64,000 nucleotides of DNA from Phormidesmis sp. (GTDB lineage: Bacteria; Cyanobacteriota; Cyanobacteriia; Leptolyngbyales; Leptolyngbyaceae), in assembly GCA_965248535.1 (NCBI GenBank), contig CBDFJR010000002.1, positions 1,024,001 through 1,088,000 of the forward strand, read 5' to 3'. Position numbers and translations under genes: made by a program. How positions within the stretch are numbered: the first letter of the stretch is position 1; the number at the start of each line of letters is the position of its first letter. The notes under the pieces are model-generated. The model was not told the DNA's origin, did no database searches, and saw only the letters and a program-made list of their open reading frames with translations. Shown piece after piece: positions 1 through 7,591 of the stretch.

Positions 1-169
1 CAAGGGGAACCTCATTTTGTTTGGCGATTCGAGCTAGTTTGACCTTTGCTCTTTGAGCGTCCATCGTCAGTTCTATGCCAGCAGAGAGGATGTCCTCTTC
101 AAACCGTCGCTGCATCTCGAATTCGATTTCGGCCCAGTGGTTTTTTTCTTTCTTGAATTCTGATACCAT
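1..169 (-). CDS. Hypothetical element protein (5' part; runs off the window)
   Basis: Manual translation MVSEFKKEKNHWAEIEFEMQRRFEEDIL... is open to position 1 and co-oriented with the neighbouring small ORFs. Confidence 0.6.
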   Translation of the reverse strand, partial: MVSEFKKEKNHWAEIEFEMQRRFEEDILSAGIELTMDAQRAKVKLARIAKQNEVPL

Positions 170-251
170 TTGGCTATCTCACTTTTTTAGGTGTATTTGC
201 TGTCAAAAGTTCCCTGTAAACGTTGTTTACTGGGTTTCGTGAATACACGAG

Positions 252-296
252 AAAAAGCCTGACCTTGTTGCCTCGTAAGCGTTGGTCGGGCTTTTT
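252..296. terminator. Intrinsic terminator-like hairpin
   Basis: AAAAAGCCTGACC...GGTCGGGCTTTTT with A/T tails on both sides, downstream of ORF 302-514. Confidence 0.65.
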
Positions 297-301
297 GCTG
301 C

Positions 302-514
302 TTAAATGTGATTGGCGATCGCTCTAATCAACCCCTTGGCATCGTCGATCGTGAGGGATTCAAAGTCTGGTTCAGCTTCTAAGATGCCGTCTAGCTCGTA
401 GTACCTAAAGCCTCGATTAGCCTGTGGGTAGAGCATTCGATCTGATAGTGCGCTGATCAGTTGAATCTTTTGAGTCTGGTCAAGGGAGGGGATTAGCTGC
501 ATTAGCGGTGTCAT
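302..514 (-). CDS. Hypothetical small element protein (70 aa)
   Basis: ORF with GAGG RBS upstream and protein-like composition. Confidence 0.7.
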   Translation of the reverse strand: MTPLMQLIPSLDQTQKIQLISALSDRMLYPQANRGFRYYELDGILEAEPDFESLTIDDAKGLIRAIANHI

Positions 515-586
515 AAAGTAACCTCTAGGTAATTAATCAAGTTGCGATCGCGCTGCCGTCTGGGGAGTGCGATCGCTTTTTTGTGG

Positions 587-790
587 TCAGTCTTGTAGAT
601 GTTTAGGGACGAGCCATCCATCGTCCTCAGGGTCGTCGTATGGCAGGAAATCGCTGAGTTTAGACAAGACGGCTATCTGTCTATCTAGAGGAAGTTCTTT
701 AAACCTGGCTAGAACCTCTTCTTCTATCGCCTCTGGGTCATTGAGGTCTAGCAGATCTTCTTGTCTGGCTTTCCAGTCTTGCTGGGTCAT
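587..790 (-). CDS. Hypothetical small acidic element protein (67 aa)
   Basis: AGGAG RBS upstream of the ATG on the minus strand. Confidence 0.7.
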   Translation of the reverse strand: MTQQDWKARQEDLLDLNDPEAIEEEVLARFKELPLDRQIAVLSKLSDFLPYDDPEDDGWLVPKHLQD

Positions 791-973
791 TTGACACTCC
801 TAAAAATGGCTGAATTGATCAAGGGGCAACGGTTTGAGCGATTATTGGGGGGCAGTGCGGCTAGCTCTAGAGATGGGGATTTCCATAGATAGCTGCTGCG
901 TACCTCTAAACAACGTTCTAGGCAACGTGTGCTGATACACACGGTCACTTCGTGCTGTTTGTTGTTTAGCGGT

Positions 974-1032
974 AGACATTTATGTCTTGTCAAAGTTTAC
1001 CAGACAAAAATGTCTATCGGACAAAAATGTCT
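974..1032. promoter_or_regulatory. Three operator-like palindromes (AGACA-N4-TGTCT) between divergent units
   Basis: AGACATTTATGTCT at 974-987, AGACAAAAATGTCT at 1002-1015 and GGACAAAAATGTCT at 1019-1032; a minus-strand TTGACA lies at 988-993. Confidence 0.75.
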
Positions 1033-1038
1033 GGTAAT

Positions 1039-1317
1039 ATGAACGAAGATAATCCAATTCGAGGCAATGCAGCTTTGAAAGCTTTAAGGGAAAAAGCTGG
1101 ACTCAACAGAATGCAGATAGCAAAGGCTATGGGCATTACTACCCGTATGTGGCAAAGGTATGAAAACGAAGGACGACCACCAGACAAGATTGATTTCGTT
1201 CTCAAACTTGCTGCCCTTACAGATACACCTGTTGATGAGGTACTGAAACTACTAGGTTTCAAAGTCCCAGACCGAGAAGAACTGCTTTCACTTATAGATA
1301 AAAGCGCTGAAGTATGA
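1039..1317 (+). CDS. XRE/Cro-CI family HTH repressor (start could be 1027)
   Basis: LKALREKAGLNRMQIAKAMGITTRMWQRYENEGRPP matches the HTH_XRE pattern. Confidence 0.85.
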   Translation: MNEDNPIRGNAALKALREKAGLNRMQIAKAMGITTRMWQRYENEGRPPDKIDFVLKLAALTDTPVDEVLKLLGFKVPDREELLSLIDKSAEV

Positions 1318-1473
1318 CTCGCTCACACTTCAGCGCTTGTAACGATCACATTTAGGAGAGGAGAGTTTGAATTCTAAAACCAGGGCAGAGCTGTAACTCT
1401 CCCTGGATGCTCCACAGAAGACTTAAACCACCTATGGAGACTTACATTGTCTACTCAATCGTTGACATTGATT

Positions 1474-1520
1474 AAAAAAGGGCGATCGCCTCCACTAGCC
1501 GGAAGCGATCGCCCTTTTTT
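1474..1520. promoter_or_regulatory. HIP1-stemmed hairpin with A6/T6 tails ahead of the operon (terminator/attenuator-like)
   Basis: AAAAAAGGGCGATCGC...GCGATCGCCCTTTTTT. Confidence 0.6.
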
Positions 1521-1544
1521 GTCTAAAACATCTCACTCAAAATT

Positions 1545-1853
1545 ATGACCCAAATCACCAAACTTAGACCCGTGCCTCGGTGGGAGTCACCCCCCAACAA
1601 TCTCTATCCAATCATCAAGCAGCAGGGCATCGACTATCAGCTAGTGCCCCTATCCCTCATTGAGCAGTTGAAAACTGATCGCGAAAATCTAGTCTGGCTT
1701 GCCACGGGCGCGGCGGCAATGGCGATCGCCGCCGCCGTCGCCCTGGTCGCGGGTGCCTTCCGGCAAGAGACAAAAGTGATGACGATCGATAAGCCCGTCA
1801 TCGTCGAAAAGCAAGTCGTCGTCCCTACCAACTGCGTTCTGTTCTGCAAATAA
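1545..1853 (+). CDS. Hypothetical single-TM protein (102 aa)
   Basis: Hydrophobic helix LVWLATGAAAMAIAAAVALVAGAF; first gene of a tight operon. Confidence 0.75.
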   Translation: MTQITKLRPVPRWESPPNNLYPIIKQQGIDYQLVPLSLIEQLKTDRENLVWLATGAAAMAIAAAVALVAGAFRQETKVMTIDKPVIVEKQVVVPTNCVLFCK

Positions 1854-1865
1854 GGAGAAACTCAA

Positions 1866-2354
1866 ATGTCATTACTCGGAAAAACCATCTCAGCCAACAA
1901 CTATGGCGGCACCAGCATGAAGCCCAACGACGTGATGAACGTTGGCAGTCATGCCGTCACCCCCTGGAACCCCGGCGATAGCTCAGAAATTCGCACTGAG
2001 CAGGTCGTTAACCGTCATAAAAACTTCGCAAAAAAGGAGGCAGACGATCTGCGGGTCAAAGCCAAAACTCGTCAACGTCAGGCTAAAACCAATCGTCAGG
2101 CCTATAAAGCACTGACCGCGATCGAGAGGGCAGACAGTTCAGATCAAACTGCATTCCGGGGTTACCAGACCGCCGTCGCCACCGTCACCGCCGCTAAGAA
2201 AGGGGCAGACGTTTCTAAAGCCAAAGTGCTCAACGGACTCACACCCAAGTACGCCAACATGGGCTATAGCCTGGGAGCTTCCAGCGATGAAGCCCAAGTG
2301 AAAGTCCGTGAATATCAAGCGCTTTACACCGAAGTTAACAGTCGTTGGAACTAA
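1866..2354 (+). CDS. Hypothetical Ala/Lys-rich, probably helical protein (162 aa)
   Basis: Strong AAGGAG RBS; ORF track. Confidence 0.8.
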   Translation: MSLLGKTISANNYGGTSMKPNDVMNVGSHAVTPWNPGDSSEIRTEQVVNRHKNFAKKEADDLRVKAKTRQRQAKTNRQAYKALTAIERADSSDQTAFRGYQTAVATVTAAKKGADVSKAKVLNGLTPKYANMGYSLGASSDEAQVKVREYQALYTEVNSRWN

Positions 2355-2373
2355 CCACCAGGAGGAAAACTAA

Positions 2374-2646
2374 ATGATACGAATGGCTAGACTCACCAAT
2401 TACGCATGGTTGGGTCTAGCCATTAGTTCTTTATTAGGGCTAATGGCTAGACACGTCGCACCGCTAGGAGTTGGAGTATGGGTCACGCTCCTGCTACTGC
2501 TATTTGGACTCGGAACTGCACTGATTGCAGGAAACCTGTTAGACCACCACTTTGGATGGGTTCAAGACACCTCATTGGCACTCGCGATCGGCTTACTCGG
2601 AATCTTCATCATAGGGAGCGTGATCGGATGGTTAATCCTGCTCTAA
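2374..2646 (+). CDS. Hypothetical 3-TM small membrane protein (90 aa)
   Basis: AGGAGG RBS; three hydrophobic segments. Confidence 0.8.
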   Translation: MIRMARLTNYAWLGLAISSLLGLMARHVAPLGVGVWVTLLLLLFGLGTALIAGNLLDHHFGWVQDTSLALAIGLLGIFIIGSVIGWLILL

Positions 2647-3299
2647 AACGACTGCCCTACGGCATCCAGTGGGGAATGTCGATCGGCGTAGGCATCGTCA
2701 CCTGGTTCGTTGCCGTCAGTTTTGTGCGGCTGCTACCCGCCCCATTGCAACTACTGTCGATGCTCATCCCGATCGCCTGCTTCAGCTACGGGCTTTATGT
2801 CCTTCCCCGATGGAAAGATGAAGGCAAGCGCCGCGACTTGATTGAATCCCTGAAAGAGCGCGAATACGCTCACCGCATAATGCAACAGCATCATCTCAAC
2901 ATCGCAACCGATGATATCGAGTTCAACAGCACCATGAGAGAACTTGAGGCGATGTATCCCGTCGATAACCCTGCGGATAGAACGCCATCGGGCACAACTC
3001 CACACTCACAACTGGCACTACCAGAACAAGCAACCTACCTCTTAAAAGTGCAGCAGGAGGTCATGCAATCGTGTGGCGATATTGGCTGGGCCCTTGTGGA
3101 ATGGGCAAGCGGTTCAGGCTCTAAATACTGTGGACAAGATGGATGGATTTCCGTCGAGGGTTTACGCGCTAATTGGGGCAAAAAATACGGCTTAAAAACA
3201 GACGATCTTAAAACCCTGCTATCAGCATTAGTCGGAATTCAGATCGGAGAGTGGCGCAATTCTGAACTCAAAGAATGGCGATTAATCCTAACACTTTGA
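2628..3299 (+). CDS. Hypothetical protein with 2 N-terminal TM helices, a linker and a possible C-terminal winged-helix domain (223 aa)
   Basis: GGGAG RBS before ATG 2628, overlapping the previous gene; C-terminus ...GWISVEGLRANWGKKYGLKTDDLKTLLSALVGIQIGEWRNSELKEWRL. Confidence 0.75.
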   Translation: MVNPALKRLPYGIQWGMSIGVGIVTWFVAVSFVRLLPAPLQLLSMLIPIACFSYGLYVLPRWKDEGKRRDLIESLKEREYAHRIMQQHHLNIATDDIEFNSTMRELEAMYPVDNPADRTPSGTTPHSQLALPEQATYLLKVQQEVMQSCGDIGWALVEWASGSGSKYCGQDGWISVEGLRANWGKKYGLKTDDLKTLLSALVGIQIGEWRNSELKEWRLILTL

Positions 3300-3472
3300 A
3301 CGCTTGCTATTTTTTGCGGATCGGACGATCGGACAATCGGACGGATTTGCGGATACCTAGTCCGATTTCTGTCCGATCCGGAATCCGCAAATCTGTCCGA
3401 TTTCTGTCCGATCTCTCTAAGTCAAATTTGACGACTGAACAGACGCTAAGAATTACTGTTAGTTGAACGCTT
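3296..3472. repeat. Array of 7 ATCGGAC/GTCCGAT motifs with a 19-bp inverted repeat, bracketed by a 10-bp direct repeat
   Basis: ATCGGAC at 3320, 3328, 3336; GTCCGAT at 3360, 3371, 3395, 3406; inverted repeat 3336-3354/3383-3401; TTGAACGCTT at 3296 and 3463. Confidence 0.85.
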
Positions 3473-3477
3473 AATAA

Positions 3478-4335
3478 ATGGCTCGTGACTGCCGCTACTG
3501 GATTGAAAAATTTAAGGAGGATTACTTCCAGCGTGGTAGCTCTGAAACAACGTGGAGAACCGAGTATCACAAGATGCTCAAACTACTCCCGTCAGACAAA
3601 CCTTTAACTGCCAAATTACTGCACCAATTAGTAGTATCAACCGAGGTCAATACTCGCACTCGCATCCGCGCCTGCATGGTGGCCGGACAGCTTGCCCGGT
3701 TCGCGAAACTCAACTACGACCCGTCACCTTATCGAGGCAAGTATTCAGCAAAAAGTGTTTCACCCCGCAATGTTCCCAGTGATGATCTAATTGTTGATTG
3801 GTACGATCGCCTCAAAAATCCCAACTGGAAGTGGGTCTACGGGATGCTCATCACCTATGGGCTTAGACCTCATGAGGCTTTCAGACTCGACTTTGAACAA
3901 TTACGGCAGCGCGATCGCGTTCTCTGGGTTGAGAACGAAACCAAGACCGGGAGCCGTCAAGTCTGGGCCTTTCATCCTGAATGGTTTGATGAATTCGACC
4001 TCCACTTGGTGCGGCTGCCCAACATCCAGCTAGACCGAACCAACGATCGAGTAGGACACAGCGCCACCGCCTATTTTAGTGAGTTTGGCTTGCCCTTCCA
4101 TCTCTACGATCTGCGACATCGATGGGCAATCAGAACCCTCGAATATGGGCTAGATATCGGTCTAGCTGCAAAGCAGATGGGTCATAGCCGCGAAGTGCAT
4201 GAGCGCGTCTATCACCGATGGATCAACGTCACGATTCATCAGCGCGCTTACGAGTCGATATTGAGTCGAGACGATCGCCCGCGGCCGCCGTCGAGGAAGA
4301 AACCATCAAAAAAAGAAGAAGGGCAAGACCGATAA
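3478..4335 (+). CDS. Tyrosine recombinase/integrase, cyanobacterial Xis-like family (285 aa)
   Basis: Catalytic motifs GLRPHE, TKTG, YDLRH and MGHS...HERVY; adjacent to a tRNA. Confidence 0.92.
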   Translation: MARDCRYWIEKFKEDYFQRGSSETTWRTEYHKMLKLLPSDKPLTAKLLHQLVVSTEVNTRTRIRACMVAGQLARFAKLNYDPSPYRGKYSAKSVSPRNVPSDDLIVDWYDRLKNPNWKWVYGMLITYGLRPHEAFRLDFEQLRQRDRVLWVENETKTGSRQVWAFHPEWFDEFDLHLVRLPNIQLDRTNDRVGHSATAYFSEFGLPFHLYDLRHRWAIRTLEYGLDIGLAAKQMGHSREVHERVYHRWINVTIHQRAYESILSRDDRPRPPSRKKPSKKEEGQDR

Positions 4336-4351
4336 AAGTCTTGCCCTTCTT
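4316..4351. terminator. Hairpin between the integrase and tRNA-Glu, overlapping the integrase stop
   Basis: Perfect 14-bp stem AAGAAGGGCAAGAC / GTCTTGCCCTTCTT. Confidence 0.75.
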
Positions 4352-4364
4352 ACGTTTTGCTACA

Positions 4365-4437
4365 TACCCCCAGGGGAATTCGAATCCCCGTCGCCTCCGT
4401 GAAAGGGAGGTGTCCTAGGCCTCTAGACGATGGGGGC
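4365..4437 (-). tRNA. trnE: tRNA-Glu (TTC)
   Basis: The reverse complement GCCCCCATCGTCTAGAGGCCTAGGACACCTCCCTTTCACGGAGGCGACGGGGATTCGAATTCCCCTGGGGGTA folds as a cloverleaf with anticodon TTC. Confidence 0.97.
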
Positions 4438-4809
4438 GTATTTCACACTTTAGTTAAATTAGCAGATGGAACCGAAGTCTGTCAACCCCACCCAAACTTC
4501 TGGCGAGGTCAGCGTCTACCAACAAAACAGACAGCCGTGGAAGTGTCCTTTTAAAAAACTCAACGACTGCAAAACCCATTACGTTATCAACAAAGGGTAC
4601 GTCTACCCGCTCTACGAAGCCTCTACTTGTTTCCTATTGCGCTCATGATCTCGCTCAATCCCATGACTCCGCCAGAATCCGACTGCGATCGCGTTCCCTC
4701 GCGTCTCAAAAATGCTGACATTGCTTTATTAACAAACTGTCAGATCGATGAAAATCCCTTGATAATTAAGCAGAATAAAAAATCTGATAGAAGCGCTTCC
4801 CCTTCCCCA

Positions 4810-5505
4810 ATGACGGCAAAGGCTAATGCTACGAGTTCTCGTCTCTCGCCTTGGTTGGCTTCTCTAGTCTATCCACTGGGGCGCTATGGGCTGCTGCCAT
4901 TTTATTTTCGGCGCATTGAAGTCGTAGGTCGAGAACACCTTCCAGAGCAAGGTGCCGTGATTTTAGCGCCTACTCATCGTTCTAGGTGGGATGCTTTTAT
5001 GGTGCCTTATGCTGCAGGTCAAGACCTGACAGGACGGGCATTGCGATTTATGGTGACAGTAGATGAACTGAGGGGACTTCAGGGCTGGTTCATCAGGCGG
5101 TTAGGCGGGTTTGCGATCGACACAAAACATCCGGCGATCGCCAGTCTTCGTCACAGCGTTGAGTTGCTGCAAAACGGAGAGGTGTTGGTGATCTTTCCAG
5201 AGGGGGGAGACTTGCGGGGAAATCGCTCCTGCAAGCTCAACCGACTGCAACCGGGTTTAGCGCGTCTAGCTCTGCAATCACAGGCAGGTCAAGCGGGTCT
5301 AGGTGTGCAAATCGTCCCCATTGACATCTCCTATAGCTGCCCCTCAGTTCCGTGGCGCTCAAAAGTCAGAATTTGCATCGGTGCGCCGCTCAAGCTTGCC
5401 GACTACAATGCTAAGTCTTCTAAACTGGCGGCAAAGGAGTTGACTGCCGACTTAGAGCAAGCCCTTCAAGATTTGAATCGCTGTGGCACCACCGACAGAG
5501 GCTAG
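4810..5505 (+). CDS. plsC: 1-acyl-sn-glycerol-3-phosphate acyltransferase (start uncertain; ORF open from 4627)
   Basis: THRSRWD (HX4D) and IFPEG motifs. Confidence 0.88.
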   Translation: MTAKANATSSRLSPWLASLVYPLGRYGLLPFYFRRIEVVGREHLPEQGAVILAPTHRSRWDAFMVPYAAGQDLTGRALRFMVTVDELRGLQGWFIRRLGGFAIDTKHPAIASLRHSVELLQNGEVLVIFPEGGDLRGNRSCKLNRLQPGLARLALQSQAGQAGLGVQIVPIDISYSCPSVPWRSKVRICIGAPLKLADYNAKSSKLAAKELTADLEQALQDLNRCGTTDRG

Positions 5506-5741
5506 CTGTCGAGTCTGGGATCTGAGCCTTGGTGACCCGAATCAACTACATTGTCTCTTCAAGGCTCCTCATGGCTCATGGTGAGCAACCTTGTTTTCGT
5601 GTGCGTTTGATGAAATTTCCTGCGGCGGTTGCCTATAGGAGAACGTTCCCTAGTCCTGAGAAGAATCTGAAGCTCAAAGTCCTCTAAAACTGGGAGACTT
5701 AGGAGGCTGAAGCCATGAGCATCACAGAACTGATGGTGCTT

Positions 5742-7325
5742 TTAGGCAACTGCCTTCACGTCTTGCTGTCGAAACTCAGTCTCTCCTTGGAGAAATTCGT
5801 CTACCTGCACGCCAATCTCATCACTAACAATTTGGCGATATTCTAAGAAGTGCTCGATTTGGGCACAGACAGCCAGATAGCTGCTTACGCCGCCGGGGTT
5901 ATGACGATACATGCTTGCCAGGTTACGCCAAAATTGCCAGCGAGTTTCGCGAACAATGCCCTGTCGCCAGCAAATCGTGAGGAGGGCCCGGATCATAATC
6001 CAATTCACATTCTTGCGAGTCGCTTTGCCCTTGTTGGGGTAGGTTGCTTCTCCTAGAAGACGATAGTGACGATAGGCGCGATCGAGAAACCGTTTCGGGT
6101 CATATAGTTGCCAAAATGCTTCAACATACTCTTGAGCAATGCCTTCTAACGGCCGTGTTGGCACAAAATTCATCAGAGTAGTCTGATTGATGTTGGCAGA
6201 TTTGCTGCGTAACCGACCTTCTTTTTCAAGTCGATGCCAAAGTGCCGTATCAGGAAGCGCCTGTAACATACTAAACAGCGCTGTTGGAATGGAGGTTTCT
6301 TCGACAAATTTAACGATGCGCGCCCCGGCTCCTGGCTTCTCTCCATCAAATCCGATGATGAACCCTGCCATAACTCGTAGCCCTGTGCGCGTAATGGTAT
6401 GCACGGCTTCACTCAGTGAATCGCGTGTGTTCTGATATTTTTGAGTCAGTGCCAGGCTTTCTTCATCGGGGGTTTCAATTCCTAAAAAAACGGCACCAAA
6501 ATTGCAGAGCACCATTAAATCCATCAGTTCTTGATCTTGGGCCAGATCGACAGAGGCTTCGGTGGCAAAGGAAAACGGATAGCGATGGTCTATCATCCAA
6601 GGCTGAAGGTCTTTGAGAAAGAGTTTGACATTGCGTTTATTGCCGATGAAGTTGTCATCCACCATAAAAATGCTGCGTCGCCAACCAAGTTGGTAGAGCC
6701 GATCGAGTTCGGCTAGCAATTGTTCAGGGTTTTTGGTTCTGGGTTTGCGACCATAAAGCACGATGATGTCGCAAAATTCACACTGAAAAGGACACCCTCG
6801 CGAGAACTGAACTGACATCTCAGCGTAAGCATCAAATTCGAGTAGATCAAATCGGGGAACTGGCGTTTGGGTGACATCCGGTTTAACGCCGTCCGATCGA
6901 AAAATGCCAGAGCGATCGCCCCGTGAAATTGCTTCAATAAACAGGGGCAGCGTGATTTCTCCCTCATCTAAAATTAGGTAGTCGGCACCTGCTAACTTTG
7001 CATCGTCTGGTAGGGCAGTGGGGTAAGGCCCACCCACAGCAACCTGCTTGTGGCGGCGCTTTGCCTCTTGAATCTGGTCGAGTAAATCCTCTTTCTGCAC
7101 AATCATGGCAGATAGGATGACTAAATCTGCCCAAGCCCATTCATCTTCTGTAACAGCACGCACGTTGCGATCGACTAACTTAAACTCCCACGCCTGCGGC
7201 AACATCGCGGCCACTGTGACCAACCCTAAAGGTGGCAACATTGCTTTCCGGTCTAGCAATGCCAGCGTTTTCTCAAACGACCAAAAACTTTTAGGAAAGA
7301 GCGGATACAAAAGTAAGACGTTCAT
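5742..7325 (-). CDS. B12-binding radical SAM protein (DUF4070-type C-terminus)
   Basis: PPLGL and VGGP cobalamin-domain motifs; SRGCPFQCEFC is the CxxxCxxC motif. Confidence 0.92.
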   Translation of the reverse strand: MNVLLLYPLFPKSFWSFEKTLALLDRKAMLPPLGLVTVAAMLPQAWEFKLVDRNVRAVTEDEWAWADLVILSAMIVQKEDLLDQIQEAKRRHKQVAVGGPYPTALPDDAKLAGADYLILDEGEITLPLFIEAISRGDRSGIFRSDGVKPDVTQTPVPRFDLLEFDAYAEMSVQFSRGCPFQCEFCDIIVLYGRKPRTKNPEQLLAELDRLYQLGWRRSIFMVDDNFIGNKRNVKLFLKDLQPWMIDHRYPFSFATEASVDLAQDQELMDLMVLCNFGAVFLGIETPDEESLALTQKYQNTRDSLSEAVHTITRTGLRVMAGFIIGFDGEKPGAGARIVKFVEETSIPTALFSMLQALPDTALWHRLEKEGRLRSKSANINQTTLMNFVPTRPLEGIAQEYVEAFWQLYDPKRFLDRAYRHYRLLGEATYPNKGKATRKNVNWIMIRALLTICWRQGIVRETRWQFWRNLASMYRHNPGGVSSYLAVCAQIEHFLEYRQIVSDEIGVQVDEFLQGETEFRQQDVKAVA

Positions 7326-7528
7326 TTTAAACTCAGCTAGTGAAAAGGAGACGGTTGAATCAAGTCACAATCCTTGACCACAGATTAGCGACGCAAGTCA
7401 AATCTTTCTCCTCTGAAGGGAGACTCAACTAATATCAAAATGTTCCACCAGCATAGAACTCTGTGTGAATAACTCATTTATTGAAAGCTGGAGAACGATC
7501 GTCGAACTAAGTCCTGACACGTTCCAGC

Positions 7529-7562
7529 AAAAAGCCCTCCACGTGATGTGGAGGGCTTTTTT
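7529..7562. terminator. psbA intrinsic terminator
   Basis: AAAAAGCCCTCCAC-GTGAT-GTGGAGGGCTTTTT. Confidence 0.85.
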
Positions 7563-7591
7563 GATTCAGACTCACTCAACCGAAGCTGAGA

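Larger units (their letters stand above)
1..4364. mobile_element. Right part of an integrated element (prophage/ICE/satellite-like) inserted at the 3' end of tRNA-Glu; the left end lies outside the window
   Basis: A tyrosine integrase ends 30 bp from the tRNA-Glu 3' end. The region has an XRE repressor with operator-like palindromes, divergent small ORFs and no housekeeping genes. Confidence 0.85.

Noticed and set aside
787..993. 68-aa ORF as a Cro-like gene
   Set aside because: It has no HTH pattern and overlaps the operator/promoter region, so it is probably spurious.
4357..4648. Short ORFs overlapping tRNA-Glu and its upstream region
   Set aside because: They are antisense to the tRNA or its promoter and show no coding features.
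7464..7472. Single DnaA-like box TGTGAATAA
   Set aside because: Isolated, and expected by chance.
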